From NCBI RefSeq assembly GCF_006345805.1, contig NC_042999.1, positions 120,032,001 to 120,096,000 on the forward strand: a stretch of DNA of 64,000 nucleotides, in the 5' to 3' direction. Shown in pieces: positions 50,436-64,000 of this stretch. Each line of letters begins with the position of its first letter. The first letter of the stretch is position 1. Below the pieces are notes generated by a model. The model was not told the DNA's origin. It saw only the letters and a list, made by a program, of their open reading frames with translations, and ran no database searches. This DNA is from Octopus sinensis (lineage: Eukaryota). The translations under genes and the position numbers were made by a program.

Positions 50436-50975
50436 CATCATCATCATCGTCGTCGTCGTCGTCATCGTCGTCGTCGTTGTTGTTGTTATTATTAATATTA
50501 TGTTTTTTTCCTTCTTTCTTCAAATTTTCTTCCGTTTCTCGCCGAGTGTTTTCCATACACCTCGGGCAGAGAAGCTCATTGTATGCATTCCCAGATTACA
50601 CGCGCAAATTCACAGATAAAATATGTATTTATAAATTAATAAATAAATAAAGTCATGGATGGATCTTATTTTCACAGCGATAGTGCTCTTCTCAGTACAT
50701 GAACCGTTCCAGTTAATACGATTTTTTGCACTTCCTGTAGGGATGGTAAGCCTGAAATCATTTTCAAATAGGTTTCAGTGCCTTTTTTTATCATTCCTAG
50801 AGATACTACAATCACTGGTACTGTAGTCGCCTTGAGATGCCACATTTTTTCAAATTCCATTAGCAGGTCTTTGTATTTACCAATCTTGTCAAATTCTTTC
50901 GCCGCTATATTGTGATCACAGGGAATACTCATGTCTTTCAATTTCCATTGGCAGGTCTTTGTATTTACCAATCTT
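50368..50975 (-). mobile_element. R4/Dong-type piece C: 3' end with UTR and degenerating trinucleotide tail
   Basis: DMSIPCDHNIAAKEFDKIGKYKDL...VPVIVVSLGMIKK...LQEVQKIVLTGTVHVLRRALSL* (stop at 50672). The 3' UTR has a hairpin CCGAGGTGT...ACACTCGG and the tail runs AAT>AAC>GAC>GAT. Confidence 0.8.
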
Positions 50976-51269
50976 ACTACTGGTACTACCACAGCTGCTG
51001 ATACTACCACTGCTGCTGCTGATGCTGTTGCTGCTACTACTACTGCTGCTGTTGCTGCGGCCATTAATATTGCTACTTCCACTGCCGCTCCAACTGCTGA
51101 CAATGATATTGGTGCTGCTACAACTACTGGGACTATTGCTGCTACTAATGATGCTAAATGAGGCCCCTATATGAAAATTAGTGGTGAAATCTTTTATTTA
51201 ATTTTTTAAAAAAATTTTATGTTATTATTATTATTATTATTATTTTTTTTTTAAATGAAAACTTGATAA

Positions 51270-51541
51270 TAATTTAACTTCTTGAAAAGAAAATTTCTAA
51301 CAGTACACCGAATCGCTTGTCCAAAGGTTATAAAGGAAGCGCGCCCGTCAGGAGGCTGCCAGCCTGATGGCGAAAAATTTTCAAATGGCAGAATATCTTC
51401 CCCGAATACGAACCTGGAAGGTCACTTAAACGGGATTTGTCCCAAATTAAGCCCCCAAAGTTCACCACCACAACGACCAGAAAATCAAAAGAGTAAAAGA
51501 ACTAAATGGAACCGGGAAGAATATAAAGAAGTAATATATGC

Positions 51542-51545
<4 letters not shown>
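51270..51545 (+). mobile_element. Probable R4/Dong-type piece D: N-terminal ORF fragment in opposite orientation
   Basis: Open frame ends KRTKWNREEYKEVIYAYY, resembling the N-terminal KW..EE...YY motif of this element group (from recall), then runs into (TAT)n. Confidence 0.5.
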
Positions 51546-51600
<55 letters not shown>

Positions 51601-51898
51601 TCTCTTTATTACAGGACTTGTTGGAGATCCTGGAGTCTTGCATGCGTAGCAGTCTTGGTAACTGCAGGGTTACGTTACCATGCTGTCCGTTCATTTCAGC
51701 TGTCTAATAGTTTCCAAGGAGGTAAACCTTTTCTAGCAGTTCTACTAGGCACTCTATTCCAATTTCCTTCATATTCTCCTTGATGTTTTCTGATACTGTT
51801 CTCAAGGTCCCAACAAGATATAGCACTATTTTCACCTTCTTCATTTTCCATACCCTGGCTATTTCGTACATATCTATCTATCTATCTATCTATCTATA

Positions 51899-51948
<50 letters not shown>

Positions 51949-52720
51949 CATTTTCGTCTTTCTTCTTGAATATTCGTGGGTCAAAAGGGCATGAAACATC
52001 AACTATGTAGCATATGTAGTGTAACCTGTCCACCACCACTAGGTCCAGTATGATATAATATAGCACCGGATCTGTTTGGATTGGGGAATCCCAGAGGATT
52101 TTGCTAGTCTTCGACTCCGTCACTCTATGCAGTTTGTACTCATATTACGTCTTGCCTCTCTCTCTAGTTCCCATTCTTCGCTCGATTTCCAGTATAGCAA
52201 TTCGCTACCTGATCATGTCGTCACAACTTGTAGTGGTTTTGGGCAGGCGTAGGGCATTCGTTCTTGATATGGGCAATGGTTTCATCAACTCTATTGCAGA
52301 TGCTGCACAGCGGAGAGACTTGCTCATTTCTAAAGTATAGTGCTCTCAATCTCATTTTTTAGTATTTCTGTCATCAGCCAATTTCACCTATCATTTCTTC
52401 TGTGACTATGGAATTTAATGTGTAGTCCCTTCTTGCCTAATTCTTCTACATGTCCTTTTTGTACTTCATCTTTTGTTTTTCCTTTTTTCTCTGATTTCAA
52501 CACTTTCTCGTTCCTAACTGTCACTAGCAAGGTTTCTTTACTCTGGAAAGAAGATAGCTGGTTTCCATAACGTCTTTTCAAGTCACCATCGTACAACCCG
52601 ATCTAAATCTTCTTTTCAATTAAATTATCATGTAGAGTTGCTGTGTATTTTTCTATTCTCCTGATTTGTAACTTACATAGTCCAAGCGTTCAAGGCCAGA
52701 AGATTATTAAATCCTGCTTA
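51541..52720 (-). mobile_element. R4/Dong-type piece E: 5'-truncated decayed copy with 3' UTR and (AAT)n tail, interrupted by (TATC)n
   Basis: SKETLLVTVRNEKVLK, KKGLH.KFH, KILWDSPIQTD...IVDVSCPFD and VGTLRTVSENIKENMKEIGIECLVELLEKVYLLG, then a UTR and a tail at 51541-51600. Confidence 0.8.
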
Positions 52721-52854
52721 TATAACACCTTCAACGGATGAAACTTTTAGTAGTTCATGACTATATAATGCTTTGATTAAACAACATGTGTGTGTGTGTG
52801 TGTGTGTGTACGCTTGTATGTATATATAGATAGATATACGCAAATACACACACA

Positions 52855-52928
<74 letters not shown>

Positions 52929-52935
52929 TATATAT

Positions 52936-53085
52936 AGGGAGAATTCACAAAAAACAAAAGACGAAGACAACAAACGCTCGAGAAGTGAAAACGTCTTTCA
53001 CGTTTCGAACCCACGCTCTCCACAGAAAGGAATACAGAAAGAAACAAGGAGAGCAAATAAAGAAAGTGTAGTGGCTACCGATATA
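52936..53085 (-). mobile_element. Second copy of the Penelope-type short repeat with a more degenerate hammerhead motif
   Basis: Reverse complement CCTTT-CTGTGGA-GAGC-GTGG-GTTC-GAAAC-GTG-AAAGAC aligns with 37154-37192. Confidence 0.55.
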
Positions 53086-53087
53086 CA

Positions 53088-53446
<359 letters not shown>

Positions 53447-53589
53447 ATGTATGTATGTATGTATGTATGTATGTATGTATGTATGTTTACCAGTGGTCAC
53501 CGAAGAAACGCGAGAGAAATAGGGAGATGAGAGAAGGTTTCTGTGCAATACGTATACCTATGAATAATAAATATTTAAAAGTTCAAGTA

Positions 53590-53790
53590 GGTTATGAACT
53601 GTTGCGTGTTAATTTGTGCGCTGTGCAAAATGCTTTGCGGCATTTCATCCATCTTTACATTCTGAGTTCGAATTCCACCAAGGTCCACTTTGCCTTTCAT
53701 TCTTTCAGGGCCGATGAAATAAGCACTGGTTATGCACTGGGATCGATGTAATCCACTAATCGCCTCTTCCGAAATTTTATAAGATTTTAT
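53590..53790 (+). mobile_element. tRNA-derived SINE, family 1 (diverged copy)
   Basis: TTTACATTCTGAGTTCGAATTCCACCAAGGTCCACTTTGCCTTTCATTCTTTCAGGGCCGAT aligns with the family-1 body. Confidence 0.75.
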
Positions 53791-56513
53791 AAAAATTTTA
53801 TAAAAAGGAACTATTGTTGTCAGTTGATTTTTATATTCATTTCTATGTAAGTTTGTATGTGTTTGTGTCTGTCCTCCATCTACGAGAGAAAGTGTTAGAT
53901 CGCTTTCGTACACGTAACATACTGAGCCGGCACAGGAAACCATTAGTATATGCGTAGAGCTTAACTGATCATTGGGAGCGAGTTTTTGTGTTAAACGTGA
54001 GAACTCTACTCTCCCATTATACTATGTTAGCTCAATGAAAAATATGAATTCTAGGAGTCAGTTATAAAGTATGAGATTTTTAATTTAGTATTATTCTTTT
54101 ACTTAGATCGGAGTAGCTATTCAAGAGGATTACTAAATTGCTGAAACTGTAATAAAATGTTGACCTGTATAATTTTTCGTATAAGCCCTTGTATTTCAAG
54201 CAACTAAACGTACTGGCTTTAATGATTAAAGAAATTTTGTTTCACTTTCTCTCCTAGATGAGGATGGAAATTTATTACAATAATCTTGAGAAGGTGACTT
54301 TAAAACCTTGGAAAAGATCCATCAATATTCAACATGTTGTTATTTATAATATAATCTTAATTCCCATACACAAGACATAAATACATATTATTTTGTAATT
54401 GTGTATCGCTTTATTTTCCTGTTATACTTAATTGCTGTCTTAGATATTCGAATTTAAAATTGCAAAGTTAATAATATAATTGTGTGTATACATGTCACCC
54501 GAAGATGAGATTAGTCTTTAGAATGTAGGGTTTCCAAAAGACCTTATGCAGAATATAAATGTTATCCTGACATGTAGATAAGCATTACACGTTTACCATA
54601 TATTTCAGGACTCAAAATGATAAGGTGTTTTAATGTGAGTCGATTATTTATGCTCAAACTGAAACTGAGAAACAAATTAGTTTTTGTTCAGAGCAAAGTG
54701 ATTCATTCTATTTCATCGTAGAAGTTCCCAAAATGTGCTCTTTTTTTAGGTGATTGATTTTTAACATTGTTATGTATTCCTTTTCTCATTTATACTGTTT
54801 TCTTACTTTCGTTATAAAAATGAAGTAGAGATCGTTTTATCAATGCTGCTTACTTTAATATTTCCACGGGTATTTTAAATTTTTTCTCTTAAATAACAAA
54901 ATAATTTCTTTCTCACATTCTTTAAAAAGATTTATTTCTTTACTTTCGCTATGTTATTGTCATTCTGTACACAACTTGTTCCATTTATTCAATGTAATCT
55001 GTACTTAAATTACATTTTTATCTGATTCCTTTCAGCTAACCATATATGTTAAGTTTTCTTGCTGAAACTCACAGCATGCTTATCAGTAATCGTTCACTTT
55101 TTCGCCTGTTTCCTCTTTCTGAATCTAATTCTCTTTGCGATCAACCGATTCTGTCTTATAATTACTTTAACCAATGAGGGTTACAAGATACCCTCATATA
55201 AGATTGCAAAGCAATAACATTTCCCTTCACAGGGGAATTAGGATTTAGATAAATATTTCAAAACTAGACGTTCCGTTTTAGTTCGTGTACAGACACAATT
55301 TTCCTACCATAATTTGTATCGGAATGTCTAATTCTAACCTCCGTTACGAGCAATATCAAACTCCTATTATTCTTGAACTATTAATCTCTATTCGAAATAA
55401 TTATATTATCCCTGGTACATTTAGAAATTGGAGTAGGAAATGCCATGAAGTCTGTAAAAGTCGGTATTGTATGATGTTTTGCTATTAAATAGTAACACCA
55501 CATTGTTCTTCATTTAAAAATCAGAGAAATTTAAACAGTTTACTCAGTTACGTAGAGTTTAATTTCCCTCACACATTAAATATTTTCTTTGTTTACATAT
55601 GTCCAGTTTATTCTATGGTAAACGCAAAATGTCAGTAAAAGAGCGGCTATATATGTGTATAGTTACATATACTAATTAAAATGTATTTTCATAGTGCATA
55701 AGATAGTGACGATTATCATATGTGAGCTGATATATTAGAAATCAGTTTGTAGGGAAATGAGAAAGATAATGTAAATGATATGAAAAAAAAAATAAAACGT
55801 ACACAACGTGAAAAATTAATATATAAATTAGAAAAGTGATAAAAGTATTTGAACTTTCAACCGTCCGCCACCAATGGCTGGTATAACTGATAGATATAAA
55901 TGCTTACCCATTGCTGATTATTCATTGTGTAATATAGAGTATTTTGATAAGGTAGGTCCCAAATTTACGAGTTTCAATATTTCAGCGATGTAACACAGTA
56001 GAATGTACATTTCTGAGACATGCTAATCTTGAAATGATTTTTAAGTTTCTGGATTATTAACAAGGATTATTAATTAAATTCCCTGTTTTATGTTTTATAA
56101 TGATGTTTTGTGCGTAAAGTCTGCCATTCTTCTCTTTCCAATAACAACCAGTTATAAGTTCTTGCGTTCAGAACTAAATCTACTTCGAGAATTATTGAAT
56201 TTATTTCCTATCTTTCTTTTGAGCTGTCGCCTTTGTCACAGAAACTAAAATCAAAAACAAAAGTATAGCAGCTGAAATTTAAAAACAAACCATCTTGGGC
56301 CAGAGATGTTATAAGATAAATGGAATTAGTAAAATTCAGTTGAAGTGGCACAATGTATATCGAAATAAATATATAATGAGAGGTGTAGAATTTACTCATT
56401 TCCTCTAAGTTCGAAGTAAAAGAGAGTGGAGACTGTACTGGATGTGAATACATATTTCTACTTACGCTTCACAGAACTATTTTATGTAATTGCTGATCAT
56501 TTTCATAAATGTA

Positions 56514-57805
56514 CGAGGGACGTTCCATAAGTAATGCCTCTGACCCATTTGCAGTTATATGATCTAGCTGAAATTTTGCATGTGCAATTATTTATATCTC
56601 TATAGAGTAAGTGACCAATTACAGCTCTGAACTAATTGTGGTTTCTGATTTACAGGTGTTTGAACTGAGTCAAGTGTGCAATGGAGCCTGTTGAGTGTCG
56701 AGCAGTGATCCGGTTTTTGTATTTGAAAGGATGCACACCACGGGAGACTTTTGATGAAATGAAAGTAACTTATGGTGATGATGCCCCATCATATGACCTT
56801 GTAAAACGCTGGCATCGTGAATTCAAACATGGTCGGAACTCTGTGGAAACAGCTCCCAGATCTGGTCGCCCCCTTCTGCCATTGATGAGGCATCTGTCCG
56901 TCAAGTTGAGGCTGCCATTTTGGAAGATCGACGCATAATTATTCGCCAAATAGCCCATGAGGTCAAGATTAGTTCCGGGTCTGTGGAAACTATCATTCAT
57001 GACCATTTGCATATGCAAAAGGTGTCTGCCAGATGGATTCCCAGGTTGCTCACGCCTTTCCAGAAGCAAGAACGCGTCGAATGCTCGAGGATGAATTTGG
57101 AGATGTGCCAAGAAGATGAGTCAAAATTTTTCAAAAGACTGATTACACAGGATGAAACCTGGGTCCATCACAATGATCCAGAGACCAAAGCCCAGTCAAT
57201 GCAGTGGAAGCACCGTGACTCACCCTCTCCAAAGAAGGCAAGGGTGCAGCCCTCCGCTGGCAAGGTCATGCTCACAGTCTTCTGGAACCAGGACGGAGTA
57301 GTGATGACAGATTTCCTGGCAAAGGGTACCACAATTACAGGAGCCTATTATGCTTCACTTTTGAGGAAATTAAGAGAAGTTATCAAAATCAAGAGGCGGG
57401 GCAAGATCAGCAAAGGCATCCTCCTCCTGCAGGACAACGCTCCGGTCCACAACTCGCTTGTCGCCAGATCAAAAGCACAGGCGTATGGCTATGAACTCCT
57501 CCCCCATCCCCCCTACTTTCCTGACATTGCACCATCTGATTTTCACCTCTTCCCAGTCATGAAGTTGTTTTTGAAAGGAAAGCGTTTCCCAGATGATGTA
57601 GCCTTGATTTCTGAAGTCACGTCGTGGTTGGATGACCAAGCTGGGGTCTTCTACAAAATCGATCTTCAGAGCTGCATCAAACGATGTGAGAAATGTGTAA
57701 CTCTGGGTGGTTCCTATGTAGAAAAAGACTAATAACTGTGCCAAGTTTCGTTGCTCTACTGCTATGGGAAGTGGGTCAGGGGCATTACTTATTGAACGCC
57801 CCTCG
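56514..57805 (+). mobile_element. Near-intact mariner transposon (1292 bp), 34-bp TIRs, TA target duplication
   Basis: TA|CGAGGGACGTTCCATAAGTAATGCCTCTGACCCA...TGGGTCAGGGGCATTACTTATTGAACGCCCCTCG|TA, with 3 TIR mismatches. Confidence 0.95.
56681..57732 (+). pseudogene. Mariner DD34D transposase with a single 1-bp frameshift (350 aa if restored)
   Basis: ORFs 56681-56938 and 56920-57732 join by a -1 shift in the C-run near 56869-56873. Motifs are WIPRLL, TQDETW, QDNAPVH and YFPDIAPSD, with 34 residues between the second and third Asp. Confidence 0.92.
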
Positions 57806-60800
57806 TATGTTTCTTTCTTCGATTCACATATTTTTATAGTACGCTGAAGACTATTTAACCTTATGTCTCTTCCCGTTTCTAAAACAAGTAATGTTTAAGC
57901 TGAGGGAAATATAGCTGCTTTTCTCTTAAACGGAAATACTTTAAAAGTTTCCTCGTTGGTTCAAATAAACGAGAGAAAATATAAATTGACTAAGTTCGTA
58001 TATTGCCATGTAAAGGTGCACATCCATACATTTATGTACACAATAAAGTTCTAAGCCAACATAGTTTTCAAAAAAAGATAAGTTTAAATGTTTGAGAATG
58101 AAACAGAAAATACAATCTTGGACGAATTATAGAAACGTTTCAATCCTATTTCGAAACAGACAGCCTTGATGGAACAGGTCTAGTAACAAAATCCCTTTTC
58201 TGCTTTGATTATCCATTCAGTAAGAGTACATGCGATTTGAGAATATTTGGCTATTATTTCTTATGGGTCATCAGACTTTTGTGTTAAAATATAAAAGGTT
58301 TAGTTAATACAGCGGGTAGACGTTCTAGCTGAAGATATATTTATTAGTAATATAAGAAGTGGCAAAGTAGTGGTATATTGTTTACCTTTTAATTTAAAAG
58401 TTTGAGTACTTTTTAACAAAGTGTGGATAGTGTTAACATTTAATTCGTGCGTGTCGGTAAGTTGCATCTATCATTAAGGTGGTACAAGTATGAAAAGAAT
58501 TCCGTTGTCGTGAGAAATGGCTGTCGGAATTCTTTAGAATTTGACGAAATGCGTTAGAAGTGATTGTAATGTGTTGTTTCAGATTGGAAGCTTTCATAAG
58601 CTTACAACTTTTAGAGAAGTTGTGTTGCCGATGTACTGTAAAGTATCATTTGAGAGTGTGACATTGCATATAAGTCATTCCATAGAGGAAATTATTTCGC
58701 AAATGAATATAGTGTATCGCTTATCCCATATTCTTTTATTACTAGTTTTACGTTGCTAGCTTGAAAGTATGAGTAATTTCAATGCAGAGTACATGAAATC
58801 GCAATTTCACAGAATAAGATTATCGGTCAATAATACAAATTCTAACGAATATATAACTCAGTTTGTGGATTATCATCCCATAGCTTCCCATTCAAATAAT
58901 AATATTTTCGAAAACATACATTTGCTTTGTACTGAACATGAATATAATTGCTGTCTAGCATTTTGAAACCTACAGCAAACTAATCAATACAATATGGTTA
59001 GATGAAAATAAAATTATCTCTGAATATAAGAAACTAAGCGTGATAAATAAAAACAAAACTTGAAGGAAAACCAAATTATTTCAAGCAATTTCATTCTATT
59101 GGGAATTTAGATTTCAAATATTTGTAGAGTTTACAGAATTCAATAGGTTTGTTGCTATAAGCGATTTAAGTTCACTATCATACATTGATTGGTTGCCAAT
59201 ATTCTTTCTTTTATGTATTTTGCTAAATTGTATGCAATCGCTTCGAGAAAATCATGGAACTTAAGAAGTAATTTTCATAACGTTGAAACCTCTTGTCTAG
59301 TATGCTTCTTTGCATTCAATCAAACTGTTTTATCAGATTTAAATGCTAAGAGTGGCCGTAAAAATTGTGTCTATCAGCCAGTAGGGAAATGTACAATTCT
59401 ATTGTAATAAATATTGAAATGTATCTTGCTTTGCAATGTGAATGATTCTCAAGAGTGTGGGCTGTTCCTTTAACATTTGTAAGTTGTAGTAGTACGCCAG
59501 ACATCAAATTTACAAGGCATTCTAAAGTCACTTTTCCTCTTGTTCATTTGTAGGTAAATTTTTATTGTAGAAATGTGAAACGACGTTCTTCGCTGCAGAA
59601 TGAAACAGGAGCATTTTTTGTACTAAGTAAGGTATTTCTGAGATAGAAACACGAATCCCGCTTGGTATGTTATAGCCATACAGTTAAATCTATGCTCATA
59701 TTGAAAAACGTGTCCTGTTACAACCTGCCAAAGTAGAGAATCTCATTCACATACGTCCAAGGGTACAAGAAACGTTAAACTGAGGGATATTTTTTATGGG
59801 AATATCTACAAATTGATATCCACAATTGATAGGTCTTATTTAAAAGAGAAGATTATTCAAACTGGAATAACTTCTCGTCAAATGGGCATTTAGATCGAGA
59901 ATTATCCGCAGCTTCCAATACAACTGCCAATAAGAGAGAAGTAAGCTTGTTACACTGTTTCAGTTATCGAAAAGGAAACAACCAAGTTACACAGATACTA
60001 TATCAGATATATTTTGTTGAAATGCATTTCTGCATTAGCGTTGGTAAGCTTATGATTTATGACTAAATAATTTGTTTCGATTTCCGATGGGTAAGTTTGA
60101 TTTATAGGAAAACGAAATGGAATATGTTATATTAAACATAACTAGCGAGCAAAGTTTTATTGCAAAGGACAAATATTTAAAACGAAGCATATGTAGACGG
60201 TTTCGATTAAATCTCTTCCCACATGTCTTTATTGGTAATAGAGGTCGAAATAAAATATAAAACCTTCCCAGTGAGATTAACTAAGCCTCTTCAATTCTAT
60301 ATTTCCTTTACACTTAGTTGAATTTGGGTTTATATGTCTTTATAAATTATGCTATCGCTTCCCGCTCATATGTCGTATTGAAATGACTCATTCGTGAAAA
60401 TCTTAGAGAATTTATAACTAGCAAACCTTTTGGTACCAGAAAAGACACATGGTGTATTTCCCTTGATGTGGTCTAGTAACTATATATCAAGTCATCTTTC
60501 TGATTATATGTGGTATAAACACGTATATTCAGAACTCGTATATGAAATATCAACTATGCATCAACCATGAATTGCAATCACACTTTTAAGTAAATCTAAT
60601 GACTAACAAGCCATAATCTATTAAACATTTTGTATATCTAAAATAAGAATTCTTGTACAGTAGTGATGATACTGTTGATAGGTATTAATATTTCAAATAT
60701 TGTTCCATCATTAATATACGCATTACGCATCTTTACAAAATTTTTAGAATTTATGGTACTACTGGTGAATAATGTTATTTTTACACGTGTTACCATTAAT

Positions 60801-61325
60801 AGTCTACTGTGGCAAACTCAAATAATACGCAATGATTATAATGCTACCTTGAATTCAAAATCCATTTATTACTATACAGAAGAGTCCTCTTCAATATAGA
60901 ATTCCTAGTAAGTTTTTCAAATACTATAAGAAAGAAAAGTTTCTTAATTTCATCACCGGTGACCAATCTCAGATGACGCTCCTAGATATTATATATTTGA
61001 CAAAAGCTGGCCGCAGGACAGGCAAACTCATGTCAGCAGTGTTACCCGTCAAAAAAGAAAAAAAAATACTTTGGTGGCTTAAGTGTATCAGTACATTGAG
61101 TAGACAAAACAAAAATGGAAAAAGCGATCAAATGAAATAATCTTCCCTGACAGGTATATGGCTGATTAGGTTTCTGTATCAGCGAACTACAAATTATTTG
61201 TCGGATGATAAAAGTAAATCTGGACATCAAGTGCGGATTAAGTTTATGTACACATACAGACTGATACACACACTCACACATGCCTGCATCATGCACATAT
61301 TATACAGGCATATATATTACATGCA

Positions 61326-61735
<410 letters not shown>

Positions 61736-62043
61736 TATTGATGTATATTTAAGTATGCGTATGAAAAAATATATTTATAAAGATATACATGTATTGGCCG
61801 ACCAGAGCCATGTGACTAGATTTAGTAGTCAGAATATGAAAAAAGCATGTTGTATCTATATATATCTTTGTATGTATGTGTACCTCTGTGTCTGTGTTTG
61901 TCCCACTAACACAGCTTGACAACCGGCTTTCGTTTGTTTACGTCTACGTAACTATATGAATAAATATGTTATATATATACATATATATATATGGGTAGAG
62001 AGAGAGTGATGTGTGTGTGTGTGTGTGTGTGAGTGTGTGTATG

Positions 62044-62090
<47 letters not shown>

Positions 62091-62504
62091 CAAGAAAGTT
62101 AGAGGTTGTGAATTCGACCAACTAAAGGATAATATCTATCCAATATACTGCTGGTAGAACACACAATTATTAATACACAATTGTTTTTCCATTGCATGGC
62201 AATTACATTAGCGCGTGTAATAAATGGGTGAGGGTAAAGAGTTAATTAGTTATTTAATTATATGTAAACGTATGTATATGTGTGTGTTTATAACTTAACA
62301 TTATGTACTTTCTGAAATCTTTGACGAAGCCTAGAGAAACACCCAAGTTAACTCAATTGCATCTACTAATTACTTCAACCACTGGAGGGATAAAGTTGGA
62401 ATAGGTATACCACTTATTGATCCCCTCCAATTTCTTATTGCTCTCCCTTTCTCTCCCTAAATATATATATATATAAATATAAATATAAAAATATATATAT
62501 ATTT

Positions 62505-62505
62505 A

Positions 62506-62580
<75 letters not shown>

Positions 62581-62592
62581 ATATATATATTA
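62505..62592. repeat. (TATC)n/(TA)n microsatellite
   Basis: Directly visible. Confidence 0.95.
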
Positions 62593-63108
62593 TATTAAAT
62601 TAGAGATAAAACCACTATTAGGCAAAGCATACAATGAAAAACTTAAGCCAATACATAAGATTAATTAATTTATATTATTTTAAATATATTTCAAAATTAT
62701 TTAAAAAAGATAATGAGTATAACACTACGATCGTTTCATGGCTGTCCAATTCGTAAAAATTCGAGTTACAGTCAATCTTCAGTTAATTGAAATATTTATC
62801 TTAGCGAGGTTTAACAATGAACTCATATATATATAATACACACACATATACTTCATATATGAGATCTAGATGTCCTCCGTATAAAATACACTTTGCAGTG
62901 CTCAAAATATTCAAACTTGAGCTAATGTGGGGATAAGCAAATTAGACAGATCAGTATATAAAGATATTAAATATATGAAATATAAAATATGTATACACAT
63001 AAAAAACATCTAGCTTGCACAGAGTACAAATGATATAGAAAATTAAAGATGTGGATGAAAGGTATTACTCGGTGATCCATTACTCGGTGTAAATTAATTC
63101 CATCAAAA

Positions 63109-63293
63109 AATGCGGCCGTATGCATGCATGTAGCATAGGATGAGACGCACCTCCATCTACAGGTAAGTGATCTTAAATTTGAGATCTTAACGTAGATCTT
63201 TGAACTTTACTATAAGATCTCAAATGTAAGGTTTCTGCCCTGAAAACAGAGGCTTGTCTCATCCTATGCTAAATGCATCCATAACGCCGCATT
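63109..63293. mobile_element. Fold-back MITE-like element (185 bp)
   Basis: Outer inverted repeat AATGCGGCCGTATGCATGCATGTAGCATAGGATGAGAC versus revcomp AATGCGGCGTTATGGATGCATTTAGCATAGGATGAGAC. Inner inverted repeat CTTAAATTTGAGATCTTA versus revcomp CTTACATTTGAGATCTTA. Confidence 0.75.
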
Positions 63294-64000
63294 CTCTAAT
63301 ACAATAAGTCTACAGACTTTATTATGGATTACCGATCTCCCAGAAACAGTTGTTGAATTTTTAATACCATTCGCATACTAACTGACCATGATCATCATGT
63401 ACAATTTATAACTCTGCTTAATGATTCTTTCACCCATACTGCAGTGAATATTGCAATATATGCATGTTTGGTAAGGTCTAATAATGCTGGAAAGTTTCAT
63501 GATTTTTCTTCCATACATGACGAAAGAATTAAAATATTGTTCATTGAGTTAACCCTGCTCTTTACTCTATAAGTATTTCTAATTAGTTTTGCTGCTTCTT
63601 ATATCAAGTCTCTAAGCATTCACTAATTATGTATACTGTTTTGCACCACTGCTGACTGAAACATTCCGAAATTGTCTGAGATATATGAAGCACAGTATTA
63701 CATTGTTCGTGCTCTTAAATAAAATACACAACTGAAGTGGTGGTATTGTACCTATGTATGTTCAAATATATCAGCCTTTGCTTACTCTGCAAAAAAAATA
63801 TGAGTTGGAAACATGGCTGCACTTTTGAAGTGCAGGATACGTACTGTATCTGGAAATTCCCTTAACTGTGAATTTTTTGCATAACTTATATTGAGACTTA
63901 GGGACTTTGGTCTCCTTATTCTCGTGGTTGTTAATTCAGATATGTCTAGATATCCTGAGAAAGAACTTTAATATCTTTTTACTCTCATTACAAATCCTGC

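Overview
AT-rich, microsatellite-dense animal genomic DNA, most consistent with an octopod (Octopus-like) genome. That assignment is inferred from the SINE types and simple-repeat load and was not database-checked. No host protein-coding gene could be supported, so the window reads as intronic or intergenic sequence built from transposons. The main elements are: (1) a 6.1-kb full-length Helitron (30929-37066) with intact termini and a RepHel frame broken by about 11 frameshifts but no visible nonsense codon, with an N-terminal array of 23-aa STPR-like repeats; (2) a 394-bp non-autonomous Helitron with matching ends; (3) a nest of five R4/Dong-type RLE non-LTR retrotransposon pieces (46205-52720) whose intact 3' ends run into (AAT)n, plus two minimal tRNA-derived SINEs with the same (AAT)n tail; (4) a near-intact 1292-bp DD34D mariner, three older mariner remnants, a mariner MITE and a decayed Tc1; (5) an internally deleted Ty3/Gypsy element; (6) several tRNA-derived SINE families; and (7) two large tandem-plus-inverted repeat arrays bounded by (TA)n that share a terminal motif, plus degenerate hammerhead-ribozyme-like motifs in Penelope-type short repeats. 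Many listed ORFs are microsatellite translations or antisense frames.
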